From: Priapulus caudatus
Lineage: Eukaryota
Reading direction: 5' to 3'
DNA length: 39,027 bases
Assembly (NCBI RefSeq): GCF_000485595.1
Contig: NW_014577064.1
Span: forward strand, 848,821-887,847
In this document: piece by piece, positions 1-12,412 of the stretch
Layout of the letters: each line of letters starts with the position of its first letter
How positions within the stretch are numbered: position 1 is the stretch's first letter
Notes under the pieces: model-generated
Databases searched by the model: none
The model's input: the letters and a program-made list of their open reading frames with translations, nothing else
Told to the model about the DNA's origin: nothing
Program-made: the position numbers and the translations under genes

Positions 1-164
1 TACCCTCCCTCTCTACCTCTTCGCCCCTCTTCTTCGTGATTCCCCAGCCCCCTCTGGTTTTTTGTATGTGATATTTTTTTTCTTTTTAAATTGTAACTCA
101 AATAGAATATGACGTAGAAATATAAGAGCACAGAGATGAAAGAACACAAAGATATAAGAACACA

Positions 165-166
<2 letters not shown>

Positions 167-255
<89 letters not shown>
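167..255. repeat. (AGAC)n microsatellite, ~22 units
   Basis: Perfect tetranucleotide run seen directly. Confidence 0.97.
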
Positions 256-583
256 TATAATATCGGAAATAGTATTTAGACTATTGCTATACTATAATAT
301 GAGAAGCATAACATTGCACCCAATAGTCACCCCTTACTCTAAACACATTTTCATTTGGAACGAGTGTGAAGATGTACACACCTTTTAGCTAATACGTACA
401 CTAGCTGTGTCTTACTTGATGTTCTCATCATATTAACAGTTTAATTGGTAACAAAACCGAAAGTATACATGTACAGCATTTCTATATAATCAAATTAATT
501 TAACAAAGCTATATGCATCTGTACAAGTGGTAATTGTTACTATTTAAGGCTTGAACGACTGTCTTGAATAAATAATCCGCCAG

Positions 584-648
584 GGGCCCGTTGTCAAAAA
601 CAAAATTAGTCTTACCATTAACTTTACGATGTTTCTGACAACGGCCCC
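584..648. mobile_element. Tiny PIF/Harbinger-like MITE remnant
   Basis: GGGGCCCGTTGTCAAAAACA (583) and the revcomp of TGTTTCTGACAACGGCCCCC (630-649) match at 18/20. Flanks CAG/CAT resemble a 3-bp TSD with one mismatch. Confidence 0.55.
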
Positions 649-2824
649 CATGTTGTTGGGTGTTGTACTATAGTTGGTAGGGACACCGTTCACACGCTTT
701 AGCTATTATTTATAATCTCGGATTCAGTGATTCCTGAATGGTTATCGGATTTATTATGATTCGAAAGCGATGCGATGAAATAGAGTATGCGTATGCGGGC
801 AGAAATTTCCACTTACAGCTTAATTTTAATATTACGGGTATTATATAGGCCTACTTATAAGTACTGGTGCCGGTGGTTGTTATAATATAGTACCAGAATA
901 CGAGTTCTGATAGTAGGCCTACCCTGAGCCTACCCATCAAAGACATCCTATTATAATACTATGCTACCCACCGGTTCGCAACTGTGGCGTGGCGCCTCCT
1001 GTTGACGGCATACGAGTTTTCTGCAAATGTGAATGTTCTGAATTGTTTCGCATTATTTGTGCGAGTACAGATTTCTTATTCAATTTGAGATAGGTATGTC
1101 CTGAAATTACAGTAATAGCTAGCAAACTTTTATTGAATTTTAAAGAATTGAACACTTAAAAAATTATCTATACACACTTATATTGGGACTAAAGAAAATA
1201 TACTAAGGAATTTTGTGTGTTCGATTCTATCGGCTCTGAGAGTACCCGCCAAATACTCATATCTATAGAGAAGCGCGTGTGATCGTATAATAATCACGTG
1301 TTATCGTATAGTGTGACCAGGTTCGCGAACAGTAGATACGTATGCAATTGCACTAAAGCCGTAGGCAGTATAATGCTATAACCACAGAATTATTACAGTT
1401 ACTCTATTCTTTAATAATGAACATCATAGTGACAATTACATGCAATACATGGGTGGCTACGCAGGCCAACCAGTAAATACGCGTTACAAATGGTTCATAT
1501 CTTACTACCCATAAGCAGCAGGCAGCAGGCATGTCCTCAGCAAGAGATGTCTGGCGGCGACGGTAGCGTGGTGACGAGAGCAGGTGAGAGCAGCGCGATG
1601 CTGACAGCGTCGTGAACTGTCAGGCACCGTGGAACTGTCTCCCTCTTTCTGTCCAAATCGGTCGTTATTTATGCATCGGGAGGCATGCGTGGCCCAAGCG
1701 TGGTCAAGGCCTAGTTGACGATGGTGGTGCAAGACATGTTGTCATCTCCAACATTTTTATGGGTGACTGAAGGTGAGAAGCTGTGGACGCTTCTTGAATC
1801 TGGCGTGGAAACAGCGGCCGAACCTTCTAGAAGTCATTGAATTGGTGTGGGAATCGCGGCCGTTCGATTCATGTTCTCATAGTTCACATAGTTCACATTT
1901 GTCGGCGGCGTTCGTTGTTTGTTCTTCATCAGTCGGCATGCGACATCAAGGTGTGATGCCCTTCTATAGGTACTAAACTGTCACTCTGTCGTCGTGGGTG
2001 ATAACCTTTACTCGTGTTCCAGTGACTCAGTTTCTTGGGATATTCGTGGTGCAACTTTCACTTGTTACCTTGACTGATATTTGTCGACTAAAATAACCTA
2101 TGGCGTGATGCTGCTTACGTTAAATCACCCGTGTCGCTAGGTTTTATACTAGGTTAATTAATTCGATATCTACGTCATTACATATTACTAGTACCAAAAA
2201 TATATCACTACTAGTGCATGGTAATATTACTATTGGTAAATTAGTAAACAAATGGCAGCATGAGCTTGCAATGTCCTACTTACAGTCAGTGCAATAAAAG
2301 GTGGAACTTAAACAAGTGTCATTATTTTGTTATTATGATGACAATAACACATTATTTCATGTGCTATGGATATTGTGTTTGAGCACATCGATGACTGCAC
2401 CGTCGAACTGCATATCTTGCTCATGGGTATAAACTTTGGCATCACGTTTGTAAATTGTGTAGTAACTAGTTCTTTTCATGGTTATTGCTGCATATGATCG
2501 CAGAAACTCCGGCCTTCTCTTAGCAGACAACTATAGTGAGCCATCGTATGTTTGCAATGCCCACTGCCATTTACAGCTTTACAATATGTGTTCAGCCGTT
2601 GGTCGGCGCTAGTATCGTGCCTGACGTAATAATTATTTCTGTCAAGCTTGCCGTATCGTTGTATACGATCTTTGTTGGCATTATTAAGTATATCACTCTA
2701 TTTTCGACTCTCTGGTCTCTATTTTAAACATGTAGTATCAAGGAAATATGACTGCTTTTAGCAGACATTAGACATTCGCGCACACACATCTGACGCTATA
2801 ATTTCAACAAGCATACGGAGAATT

Positions 2825-3345
2825 TAGGAAGACTGGGAAGCTACAATTATTAAAAAAGAGGCATTAGCATTTTCATTTATCTGCTCGCGAGTCTACGTTT
2901 TCAACATTAAACATGTAATTTAAGCACAAATAATATGGTTGGTATTATAGAATACTATTCACGCGCGACGCTAGCGCAGAGTGCTTATTTGTGGCGAATT
3001 TCGATTTACTGCAGCTATGGCCCCCTAGAATTAGCGAAGAGAGGCATGTGGGTGAAATTTTCTTAGGGACGCTAAGGACGCTGGACAGCTATAATTATTA
3101 GGAAGAGGCATTGGCAATTTCACTTTTCATATCAAACTACTCGGGAGCCTGTATTTTCTACATTTAATGTATAATTTCAGAAAAAAAATGTATATCGTTT
3201 GGCATCATAGACTACTATGCAGGCGCGATACTAGCGTCGGCCAGCGGCATAGAGTTATATACATCATTCTATTTGTGGTGAATTTTGATTTCTGGCAGTT
3301 ATGCCGCACCCTAGAATTAGTAAAGAAAGACACGCGGATAATATT
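2825..3345. repeat. Old degenerate tandem duplication, two units of ~250-290 bp
   Basis: Collinear shared anchors: GCTAYAATTATTA...AGAGGCATTRGCA (2840/3088), ATTTGTGGYGAATTTYGATTT (2987/3271), CCCTAGAATTAG (3023/3309). Confidence 0.75.
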
Positions 3346-3370
3346 TGCTCTCATCACACCTGTTTAGAGT

Positions 3371-4100
3371 CTTTATAAATAAGAGAAATTAAAGCCTTAG
3401 CATGAGGGGTGCCCGCTGGAGATACCTCCTGATCGCAGTCTGGCCACGTTCCCCCCATTCAATGTTTATTTTAATGACATACTCATCTACTTTTTGGATT
3501 CTCTGCCGCGAACCCAGATCTCAGGCTGTGCTACATTGCCAAATTTCTTTCCTTTTTGAGTGTGTTTCACAGGCCAAGATCTGTGATTGCGTATGCGCAA
3601 TATCTGTCGAGAGAAGTCGTATTGTTTTAAACTAACAATTGGAATAGAGAGGTGGCAACCGCGAGTAGATTTATATTAAAGATGTCTATCTCAAGACCTA
3701 TCTTTATAAATAACAATAAGCCATAGCATGAAGGGTTCCCACGGCAGATGTATGCACATAGTTTGTCTACGTTATTGCCATTAATATAATTCTAGTTATT
3801 AATATAACTCTATATTTACATAACATACTCGTATGTTTTTTTCAGATATTTTGCATGCACCAACCTAGCTTTCAGCATAACAAAATGTTTAAAATTTCGA
3901 GTGTGTACTTTGTAGGTCAGAATCCGTGTTCGCGCATGCGAAATGTCTGCCTAGAGGAATAATATTTCGTGAATTTGTTTTATTTAAAATGGAGGTGGGT
4001 ACCCGAAAAGATATTTTTAAGATAAATGTTTGTCACTATAGACCTCTTTTTATAAATACGAGGAAGCCCTAGCATGTTTAGTGCCCTCAGTGGATACCTT
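3371..4100. repeat. Degenerate tandem repeat, ~330-350 bp period, about 2.2 units
   Basis: TTTATAAATA...AAGCCNTAGCATG recurs at ~3372, ~3703 and ~4049. Internal collinear similarity includes GAGTGTGT...ATGCG..A.RTCTG and GAGGTGG. Confidence 0.7.
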
Positions 4101-4139
4101 CTGGGTGCAGTCTGGTTACGTTACTGCCTTCAATACAAT

Positions 4140-4790
4140 AGTTACTTAACTGAAAGGCAACCCTTACTTGAATGAAGACAACTGTAAATTGACTAAAGGC
4201 AACCATTAATTGACTGGGAGGGTGCCCGGGTGTAATTTTGTAAGACCGTAAATTCACCGTAAGCTGTAAATTTACTGTAAGAAAGTTGTAAATTGAACAG
4301 TAAGACATCAGTAAATAGGCTAACCGCGAATTGACATGCTAGACAATAAGACATTAGATTTTATTATTACATTTGATTCAGAATTGACATTAAGACAAGC
4401 GCAACTTGACTGCCAGGCAATCGTAAATTAACTGTTAGAAAACTATAAATTGACTGACAGCCAGCCATAAATTAAGTGTGTGAGAATAGGACGTTGGTTG
4501 TTGACTATGCACAGCTTGCATGACTGTACGGCAACCTGGCTATACACACAGATTGCATGACTGTACGGCAACCATCCATTGATCCCATAGTAACCGTAAA
4601 ATAATTGTAACACAACCGCGAATTAACTTTATCAAAACAGTGAATTGACTGTAAGGCAACCGTAAAATAACTATATAAGACTTACACAACTTTACTGTGA
4701 AACAGCGACAGAAAAGACGCCGAACTGCCGCAAATTCATTGTAATGGCAACCCATAAATTCATTGTGTAACAGTCTGTAAATTTCCATTC
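4140..4790. repeat. Highly degenerate ~22-23 bp minisatellite (consensus about GGCAACCGTAAATTGACTGTAA)
   Basis: GCAACC, GTAAATT and GACTGTA words recur with a ~22-23 bp rhythm, e.g. 4181-4216 and 4640-4670. Confidence 0.7.
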
Positions 4791-5140
4791 TCGAAATGTG
4801 TAACGTAGCTGTCGTGGCATTTAATTGTAATAGGAATTGCGTCTCGTAGTTGTCGAGCGCCTACTCAATACCTTCGCCCCATTTTTACTCGTCGCCAGTA
4901 CGTAGGGCCATGGCCGCAAGCTGTCTTCTTCCTATATATCCCAGCCGAAGATCTCATCGACGACATATAGTCATTTTGTTTCCGTGAGAGGCGGACATGC
5001 GCAAACCGCCAACGAGTCAAATCTCGGTCGACTCGGCAGTACTCGACGCGGCGGATGGCGGCGCAGACGACGGCACGTGATGACGCGACAGTCAATACGG
5101 GTTCGCTAGCGAATACCAAGCACGGTCCGCACTGAACTCT

Positions 5141-5154
5141 GTTTCTCTAGCAAC
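5141..5154. promoter_or_regulatory. X-box (RFX)-like motif GTTTCTCTAGCAAC
   Basis: 13/14 match to RTHNYYWTRRNRAC, immediately upstream of the CAG tract. Confidence 0.3.
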
Positions 5155-5178
5155 CGAGTGTGACATCACTGGATCATA

Positions 5179-5180
<2 letters not shown>

Positions 5181-5218
<38 letters not shown>

Positions 5219-5241
5219 GCGGAAGCGGCAGCGGCGGCGGC
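5181..5241. repeat. (CAG)12 followed by a degenerate (CGG) triplet tract
   Basis: Seen directly. It produces the poly-Ala in ORF 5092-5634. Confidence 0.95.
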
Positions 5242-6619
5242 ATCAGCGACAGCGGTAGCAACAGTGCCGGCCGGAGCTGCAACTCTATCATTAGACGAAG
5301 CTGGATATAGACATGTCATCGGTACTGCCGTGATTGCAGCGGCGACAACGAGCGTATCGTCTGTAGTAGACAAAAAGATAAAAGAGAGGGGGAGAGAGGC
5401 GAGAGGAAGAGAGCGCGCGTGCGTGGAGGACGGAGAGCGAGAGAGCGCAGACGACAGGCGTCGGGCTGAGAGCGTCAGGAAGACAGTAACGTAGCACGCT
5501 TCGTCGCAGTGCGTGCGCGCGTGGGACTGCTGCTGCCATTCGTGCTGTCGGCTAGTCGTCTCGTTACGCCGTGCGACGCTGGTGACGATGATATAGAGAT
5601 CGACTGAGAGAGAGACGCCGTGTGGCACCTGCACTGACCCTTACGCGGATGCGGATGTGGAGATCAAGGCGGAGCGCCGCCAGCCTGTGTGCATGTGCCG
5701 AAAACGCGTGATGGTGTGGCGGACACACATACAGCAATGCGCCGCGTGATCACGCTTCCTGATGTCTTCCGTGTACACCAGTGATTACTAGCAGTCGATG
5801 TCCGGTGCTCGCCTTCAAAGCAAAGGAACATCGTAGGGAAGTTGCTCTTGTTTGAGCCTTCATTTGGCGAAGAGAGGCGTTAAGAGGAACGCCCGACATG
5901 TGGGGATTTTACGAAGACGGAAGCAGAAGCGGAAACGAATCTACCGGCGCCATGATATTGCTCGACGAGTGTATGAACGAAGGAAAGTAAAATTGGCGCA
6001 ATAGAATTAGTCGGAAGAAAAGCGAGCCGCTGGCCGCTGCAATCGACGAGCTTAGGAGAAAAAATCCACCAACGTGGAAAAATCGGTATTGATTATCGAG
6101 GGATGAGAATTCGTTGCGGAATTTTTCAATTCGGCACCTACCGCGCGACGCTGTCTGTGTGTGCACGCCTGACGCAGCGCCGTTATTGCAGTGCGTTTCG
6201 AAAGCTCATTTCGAGCAGTAAACACACGAGCGTCAGCGGGAATTTACAAAGCGCGGGACTCGGTTAGCGTTAAACACATTATCTTGTGTACAGTAATTTT
6301 CTCGCCTCGTTGTAACAACGTTTCGGTTTATTAGCAAGGCGAGCGAACTTGAGAAATTCTCTTCTCGCATATTTCTCCGCTGCAAATAATAATATTTATT
6401 AGAATATAGGCGAAATCGAACACAAGGATTGAACGAGAGACACGTGCTGATTAGAAATGTGTATAACTCGCTTTCTTGATGATAACCGTCTGCGGAGCAG
6501 CAGGGCTGCATGATTTTAGCACATTCGTCGATCAGCCGAACAGTCTACAGTCGTATTATAGCGATATCTGACAGAGTCTACATCCACCTTCTCTTTCATT
6601 CTCGCACCTCCTCTCTGCC

Positions 6620-6790
6620 TGTGTGTCTGTCTGTCGGTCTGTCCGCCCGTCCCTCTGTCGATCAGTCGGTCGGGCTGTCTGTCTGTCTGGCTGTCTGTCT
6701 GTCTGTCTGTCTGTTTGCTTGTTTTCTACCTATTACTGTCTGTATGTCTCGCTGGCTGGGTGGCTGTCTATCTGGCTGTCCATCTGTCTT
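6620..6790. repeat. Degenerate (GTCT)n/(GGCT)n microsatellite
   Basis: Seen directly. A long pyrimidine-rich tract follows to 7053. Confidence 0.85.
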
Positions 6791-7053
6791 TCGGTCTTTA
6801 TTGCTACCTTTTTCTTTTCTCGCTTATTTCTCCCGCACTAGCTGCTTATCGTACATCATCTTTCTTCTCCAATTCCTGTCTTCCTCTCGTCCCCGTTCTC
6901 TCATCGTATCTTCCATTATCGCATGAATCCTTTCCTCCGTGCTATCTCCTCCTTCTGTATCTCTCTCTTCCTCTCTTTCTTTCTCCCCCTCGCTCTATCA
7001 CACTGTCGTTCTTTATTTCGCTTTCCCGCCGTCCGTGCTGCATCTTCTTGCAG

Positions 7054-7142
7054 GACTCACAGCTGCGCCGTATCTATCGCCTGTACGAAGAGTACGGACG
7101 CGCAGATACGCTTGTCGCGTTATTTGCTCAACGCATAGGCAG
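7054..7142 (+). other. Probable 89-bp internal exon (5' UTR or coding, unresolved)
   Basis: Long polypyrimidine tract and cttcttgcag acceptor, CAG|GTAACA donor, GC-rich body. One open frame reads DSQLRRIYRLYEEYGRADTLVALFAQRIG, which I do not recognise. Confidence 0.55.
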
Positions 7143-7172
7143 GTAACATGCGCAGAAGAGTTTGAAATGTTA

Positions 7173-7186
7173 ATAACCATGGCAAC
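7173..7186. promoter_or_regulatory. X-box (RFX) motif ATAACCATGGCAAC
   Basis: 14/14 match to the degenerate consensus RTHNYYWTRRNRAC, including the strong CCATGGCAAC half-site. Confidence 0.4.
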
Positions 7187-7333
7187 CTAGCAGTAAATTT
7201 GCGGACACATGGATGCTCCCCGACATTCGAGTTGAACAGAAATGAAGTCCTCGTTATGAGCGAAAGGCTCGAGCGCCATCGAACAATAGCAGTTCTTTAT
7301 GTGACTACTGCACTATAGAACTACGCAGCTAGC

Positions 7334-7337
<4 letters not shown>

Positions 7338-7388
<51 letters not shown>

Positions 7389-7665
7389 AAAAGAGATCGC
7401 GAAGTGATAATGAAAAATAGATACAGATAGAGAAAGCGCGCGCGCGATCGCGAGAGAAAGAGAGAGAGAGCGCGAGAGAAAGAGAGAGAGCGCGAGAGAA
7501 AGAGAGAGAGAAAGAGAGAAAGAGAGAGAGCGCGAGAGAAAGAGAAAGAGAGCACGCGGGAAAGAGCGAGCGAGAGAGAGAGAGCGCGCTCGCGCGCGCG
7601 GAAGGGGGAAAAAACTAGACCGAGCGCGCAGGAAAGAGAGCGCGAGAAAGAGAGCTAGAGAGAGA
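7338..7665. repeat. (GA)n and GA/GC compound tract
   Basis: Seen directly. Confidence 0.95.
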
Positions 7666-7770
7666 TAAACCAGCGGCTCTGCAAGCCGTGCGGGCGGTGT
7701 GAAGAGCAGTCTTTAAACAGGACCTTCGGGATATCGTATTGTATTGCGCTGCCCCCTCCCCCGCGGCCCG

Positions 7771-8847
7771 GGGACATAATACATACATCTACCATACATA
7801 CATTACATACATACATACATAATCATCAACAATACATACATACATAAAACCTACCACATACATACTACATAACATAACATGACTACTATACATACATACA
7901 ATACATACCTACATACATACATACATACATAATACATACATTACTACATACATATCTAAACATACATAACATACAGTACAACATCTACATACATAGCATA
8001 CCACAATACATCATACATACTATACATACATACATACATACATGAAACATATACAGTACATACATACACCTACATACATACAGAATACATACATAAACAT
8101 GACATACATACATACCAACTAACTACATACATACATTCTACATACATCATAATCTACATCTACATCACATCAACATACATACATACATAATAACAACATA
8201 CATAGCATAGCATAATCCACTACATTACATAATACCATACACATACATACATACATACATACATACTACATACATACCTTAAACATACATGCATACATCC
8301 AACCATACTACATACCTACATACATATCATTACATACACTACATAGACATACATTGACATACATACACAATACATACATTACATACATAATCATACATAC
8401 ATACTCTCACATCATACATACATACATACATACATAATACATACATACATCCATACATACATCATACATACATACATACAAATACATATACATACATACT
8501 ACATGACAACATACATTACATACATAACTCATACATACACATACACAAGCATACTACATACTACAGTCACATACAGTACATACGATACATACATACTAAT
8601 AATCATAACTCACTACATTACATACATACATATACATCATACATTACATACATACTATACATACATACACTACAAAATGTACATACATACATACCATAAC
8701 TACATCCATACATACACATACGATCAACATACATAAACATACATACCTTACATACATACATACATATACATACATACATACATACATACATACATACATA
8801 CACTACATACACTACATACATACATACATCACCATACATACATACAT
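7771..8847. repeat. (CATA)n array, heavily interrupted (second copy 28136-29060)
   Basis: Seen directly. Both copies start GGGACATAATACATAC. Confidence 0.95.
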
Positions 8848-9302
8848 ATCACGCCATACGCGACGAGAATTGATGCGGCTCGCGCGAGTGTTGCCGTACG
8901 TTTATCACATTCGCACGCGCGCATTTCTTCGTACATCGTGACGTCGTTTTGCGAGATGCATGCGAGTACGCGCACGATCCCTCTGCATGACAGACAGATA
9001 AGCGAAATAACTCAAAATTCGCTCTCATCTCGATCGATGCTAAAAAATATGGGCGTGTTGCGCCATCGTCCTCACATTCTATTCACTATTCAGTCTCTAA
9101 TCTCTCGGCCTCTGGCTCCGTTGGCAGTGTCTCTGAGTCTGCATGTCTGTGTCCCTGTCTCTGACAATTATTGCCTGGTTATTTGAGCAACAGTTGCGGA
9201 GATGGAAAGTCATCGGTTTCCTCAATCTTCGGTCTCGAGCATCACAGATTTTATCATTCCCAAAAACTCATTGATTCCTCCACATCTATACAATAACTGT
9301 AT

Positions 9303-9303
9303 A

Positions 9304-9339
<36 letters not shown>

Positions 9340-9412
9340 AAATAATGGTTAAAGAATGTAAAATAATTAAAAAAGAAATAAATAATTAATAAATAAATAC
9401 AATAATAATATA
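9303..9412. repeat. (AAAT)n tract (copy ~29565-29660)
   Basis: Seen directly. Confidence 0.9.
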
Positions 9413-10541
9413 TCATATATGGGGGGGGTTTATATGGACTGCGAAAAAATTCCACACTTGCAATTTGTGCGGAGGCCATGTCACGAGCCATGGCATTATA
9501 CACGCGATATTGCCGCGCCAAGCGGCGCTGTTCCTGGCATAAACAATGAATAAATGCCAAAATTGTTTACCGACTCCCCAAAGTAATATCCCTGGCAAAT
9601 GTTACTGCGCGATATGTTTTTAGCATGGCTATAGATTTTCCAAATGGCGAAAATAGAGTATTTATTTTCCGAATTGTGATTATGTATGGGAAAGCCATTG
9701 GAGGCGAGGGTTATTGAATGTATAAGGTAATGTTTGTGTTCGTGTTAATTGAGTTAATTTACGCCTAATAAATATGTATTATGAGTCTAGTATGTATAAT
9801 CTGATTTCTAGTGTTTGTGAGTCACAGCCCTACTCTCCTGCTTTTTACATATATATAACAAAACGATTTGGCTCGTTATTCGGGCAACATATTGGGTTTC
9901 CCTGCCCAAAAACTCCTATTTCTCCTTCACGAACTATAGAATACTTGTATTATGTACGTGGGGTGTATGTGGTGTGGGAGGGGGTTTGTGTGTGTTTGGC
10001 GGGGGGGGGGGTCGTGGCGTCGCCCTCGCTCGCTTACTCCGCGCTTTCGGCTTTTCCCCCATATCACCTAATTCACATCGCGGTTTAATGTATAATACCG
10101 ATCGGGCCCAGTGCCAGCTGGGCTTCTAGCCAAATGTAATAACCTTACGATACTTTCCACAGTATACAGTAATGAAAATCCCGCCGAACTGAATGGGGCG
10201 ATATCACTCACAATCAGTCGAATTTGGGCGGCAATGGCCAAGTAACTACAGTACAGTGTATGCAACGCGAGCGGTTTGCATCGTCACCCAGCGATCATGG
10301 TCGCTGTATCATTTGTCGTCGATGTCAAAATCGATTGTCGTTTCGATACGCTGTTATTATGCCGCATATGTAATGAACATGGGAAAGCCAGGCTGCATCG
10401 ACTGGTATGATTGTCAGATTCTAAAAACTTTGGTCTTGTCACACACCGCTGCGCATTCACTCTACTAAGATCTGGCCAGATTATGGTTAGAAAATACTAT
10501 TACACAACGTCTATAGTTAGTGAAACTAGTCGTGCTTGCGG

Positions 10542-10542
<1 letters not shown>

Positions 10543-10578
<36 letters not shown>

Positions 10579-10639
10579 GTGTGTGTGTGTTGAGTGGTGT
10601 GTGTGTGTGTGTGTGTGGGTGTGTGTGTGTGTGTGTGTT

Positions 10640-10691
<52 letters not shown>

Positions 10692-10734
10692 GTGGTGTGT
10701 GTGTGTGTGTGTGTGTTGTGTGTGTGTGTGTGTG
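10543..10734. repeat. (TA)n plus (GT)n compound microsatellite (copies 19296-19480 and 30887-31080)
   Basis: Seen directly. Confidence 0.95.
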
Positions 10735-11171
10735 GTAAATTCCCTGCATTGATAGGGAATCTGGTCATTAGAGTTTAGATTTCCGCAATCACAAGTCGAT
10801 CATCCCCAATCCAGCGAAGGTTCATGAGAGTGTTCCATCATTTAACACAAAATTCGCTAGCGATTTTATCCAAAACATTTATTTCTACTTCTTTCATACA
10901 CACTTTTAAAAATAAAAATTGTGAATAAAACTACGTACTTAAATGCTATTAATGTAGCGTGATTTGGGCTAGACTATAATATGACCTTATGACGCCCTGC
11001 GGCTTCCATGAAACATCTGCTCAGTGTTACAGAATAGGTTGAACTAACGTAGAATTAGTAATTATTTGAGCTAATGCGGCCACATGGCCTTGTAAATGTG
11101 TCAAGTAATGCCACCCCTGCTTCAGTAGGGTGAGTACGAATTATGAATATAAATTACTACCAATAACGTTA

Positions 11172-11618
11172 AGCCCGGCGCACACGTGGCGATTTTTATC
11201 GCTAGTACCGGCGATTCTGTTGCCGGCGACAAAATCGCCGAGAAATCGCCACGTGTGCGCTGCCCGCGTCACCGATTTGACCGCAGAAACTCGTCGCCTG
11301 GAATATCAAACATGGTTTGATATTGTTGCCGCAGTCGCTGAACAATCGCTTACGTGTGCGCCGCACTGGCGATGGATTCTCGGCAACAGTTTTTTGGATT
11401 TAACCAATCAAATGCATGATTTGAAGCACGTGATCAAATATTGGCAGCGCCCGTGGTGTGGTTTGAACAGGTCACGCGTACAGTTCATACAGTGGTATGT
11501 CGCTGATAGACGGTTGAATTGTCGCCGGGTGGCGCACACGTGGCGATTTTTATCGACAGTACCAGCGATAAAAATCGACGGTACTGTCGATAAAAAATCG
11601 CCACGTGTGCGCCGGGCT
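11172..11618. mobile_element. PIF/Harbinger-like MITE, 447 bp, TTA TSD
   Basis: tta|AGCCCGGCGCACACGTGGCGATTTTT...AAAAATCGCCACGTGTGCGCCGGGCT|tta. The ~38-bp TIRs are near-perfect, and each arm also folds on itself. Confidence 0.88.
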
Positions 11619-11687
11619 TTAGAATGAATCTGGCATCACCTCAGCATACAAAAGCTGGAAATAATGAGGTGACCTTCTCAGGGGGTC

Positions 11688-12412
11688 ACACGTGTGTGTA
11701 TCTGCGTGTACGTGCGTGTACGTGCGTGTACCCTGCGTGTACGTGCGTGTACCCGCGTGTACGCTGCGTGTACTCTCCGTGTACCCGCGTGTACGTGCGT
11801 GTATCTGCGTGTAGCGTGTACGTGCGGTATCTAGCGTGTACGTGCGTGTATCTGCGTGTACGTGCGTGTACCCGCGTGTACGTGCGTGTACCTGCGTGTG
11901 CGTGCGTGTACCCGCGTGTAACGTGCGTGTATCTCCGTTTACCCGCGTGTACGTGCGTGTATCTGCGTGTACCGGTGCGTGTACGTGCGTGTATCTGCGT
12001 GTACGTGCGTGTACCTGCGTATACGTGCGTGTACCCGAGTGTACGTGCGTGTACCCGCGTGTACGTGCATTGTATCATTCGTGTACCCGCGTGTACGTGC
12101 GTGTATCTGCGTGTGTACGTGTACGTGACTGGCGTGTATCTCGTGGATCGTGTATCTGCGTGTACGTGCGTGTACCCGCGTGTACGTGCGTGTACCTTGC
12201 GTGTACGTGCGTGTACCCGCGTGTACGTGCGTTTACTGCCGTGTACCGCGTGTACGTGCGTGTACGTGCGTGTATATGCGTGTACGTACGTGTTCCACAG
12301 CGTGTACCCTGCGTGTATCTGGCGTGTACGTGCGTGTATCTCCGTGTACGCCGCGTGTACGTGCGTGTATCTGCCATGTACGTGCATGTACCCGCGTGTA
12401 CGTGCATGTACA
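11688..12412. repeat. 10/20-bp minisatellite CGTGTA(CGTG|CCCG|TCTG|CCTG) (copies 20415-21125 and 32053-32780)
   Basis: Seen directly. It is the source of the RVRACTCVY-type ORFs. Confidence 0.95.

Larger units (their letters stand above)
4860..5720 (+). promoter_or_regulatory. GC/CpG-rich putative promoter and 5' UTR region
   Basis: Sharp GC/CpG rise, TATATA at 4933, a (CAG)n/(CGG) tract and a GA-rich leader, with no credible protein. Lies upstream of the exon at 7054 and the receptor exon in the reconstructed order. The role is inferred. Confidence 0.4.

Noticed and set aside
1835..1973. Minus-strand frame ...PPTNVNYVNYENMNRTAAIPTPIQ* with phosphotyrosine-like motifs
   Set aside because: The acceptor is weak, the motif comes from a 9-bp tandem duplication, and there are no partner exons.
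5092..5634. 180-aa poly-Ala ORF and the overlapping plus-strand ORF 5264-5494
   Set aside because: Explained by triplet and GA repeats in GC-rich sequence, with non-ATG starts and no recognisable domain.
9416..10063. TATGGGGG...CCCCCATA as transposon termini
   Set aside because: Only ~9 bp of low-complexity match, with no convincing TSD.
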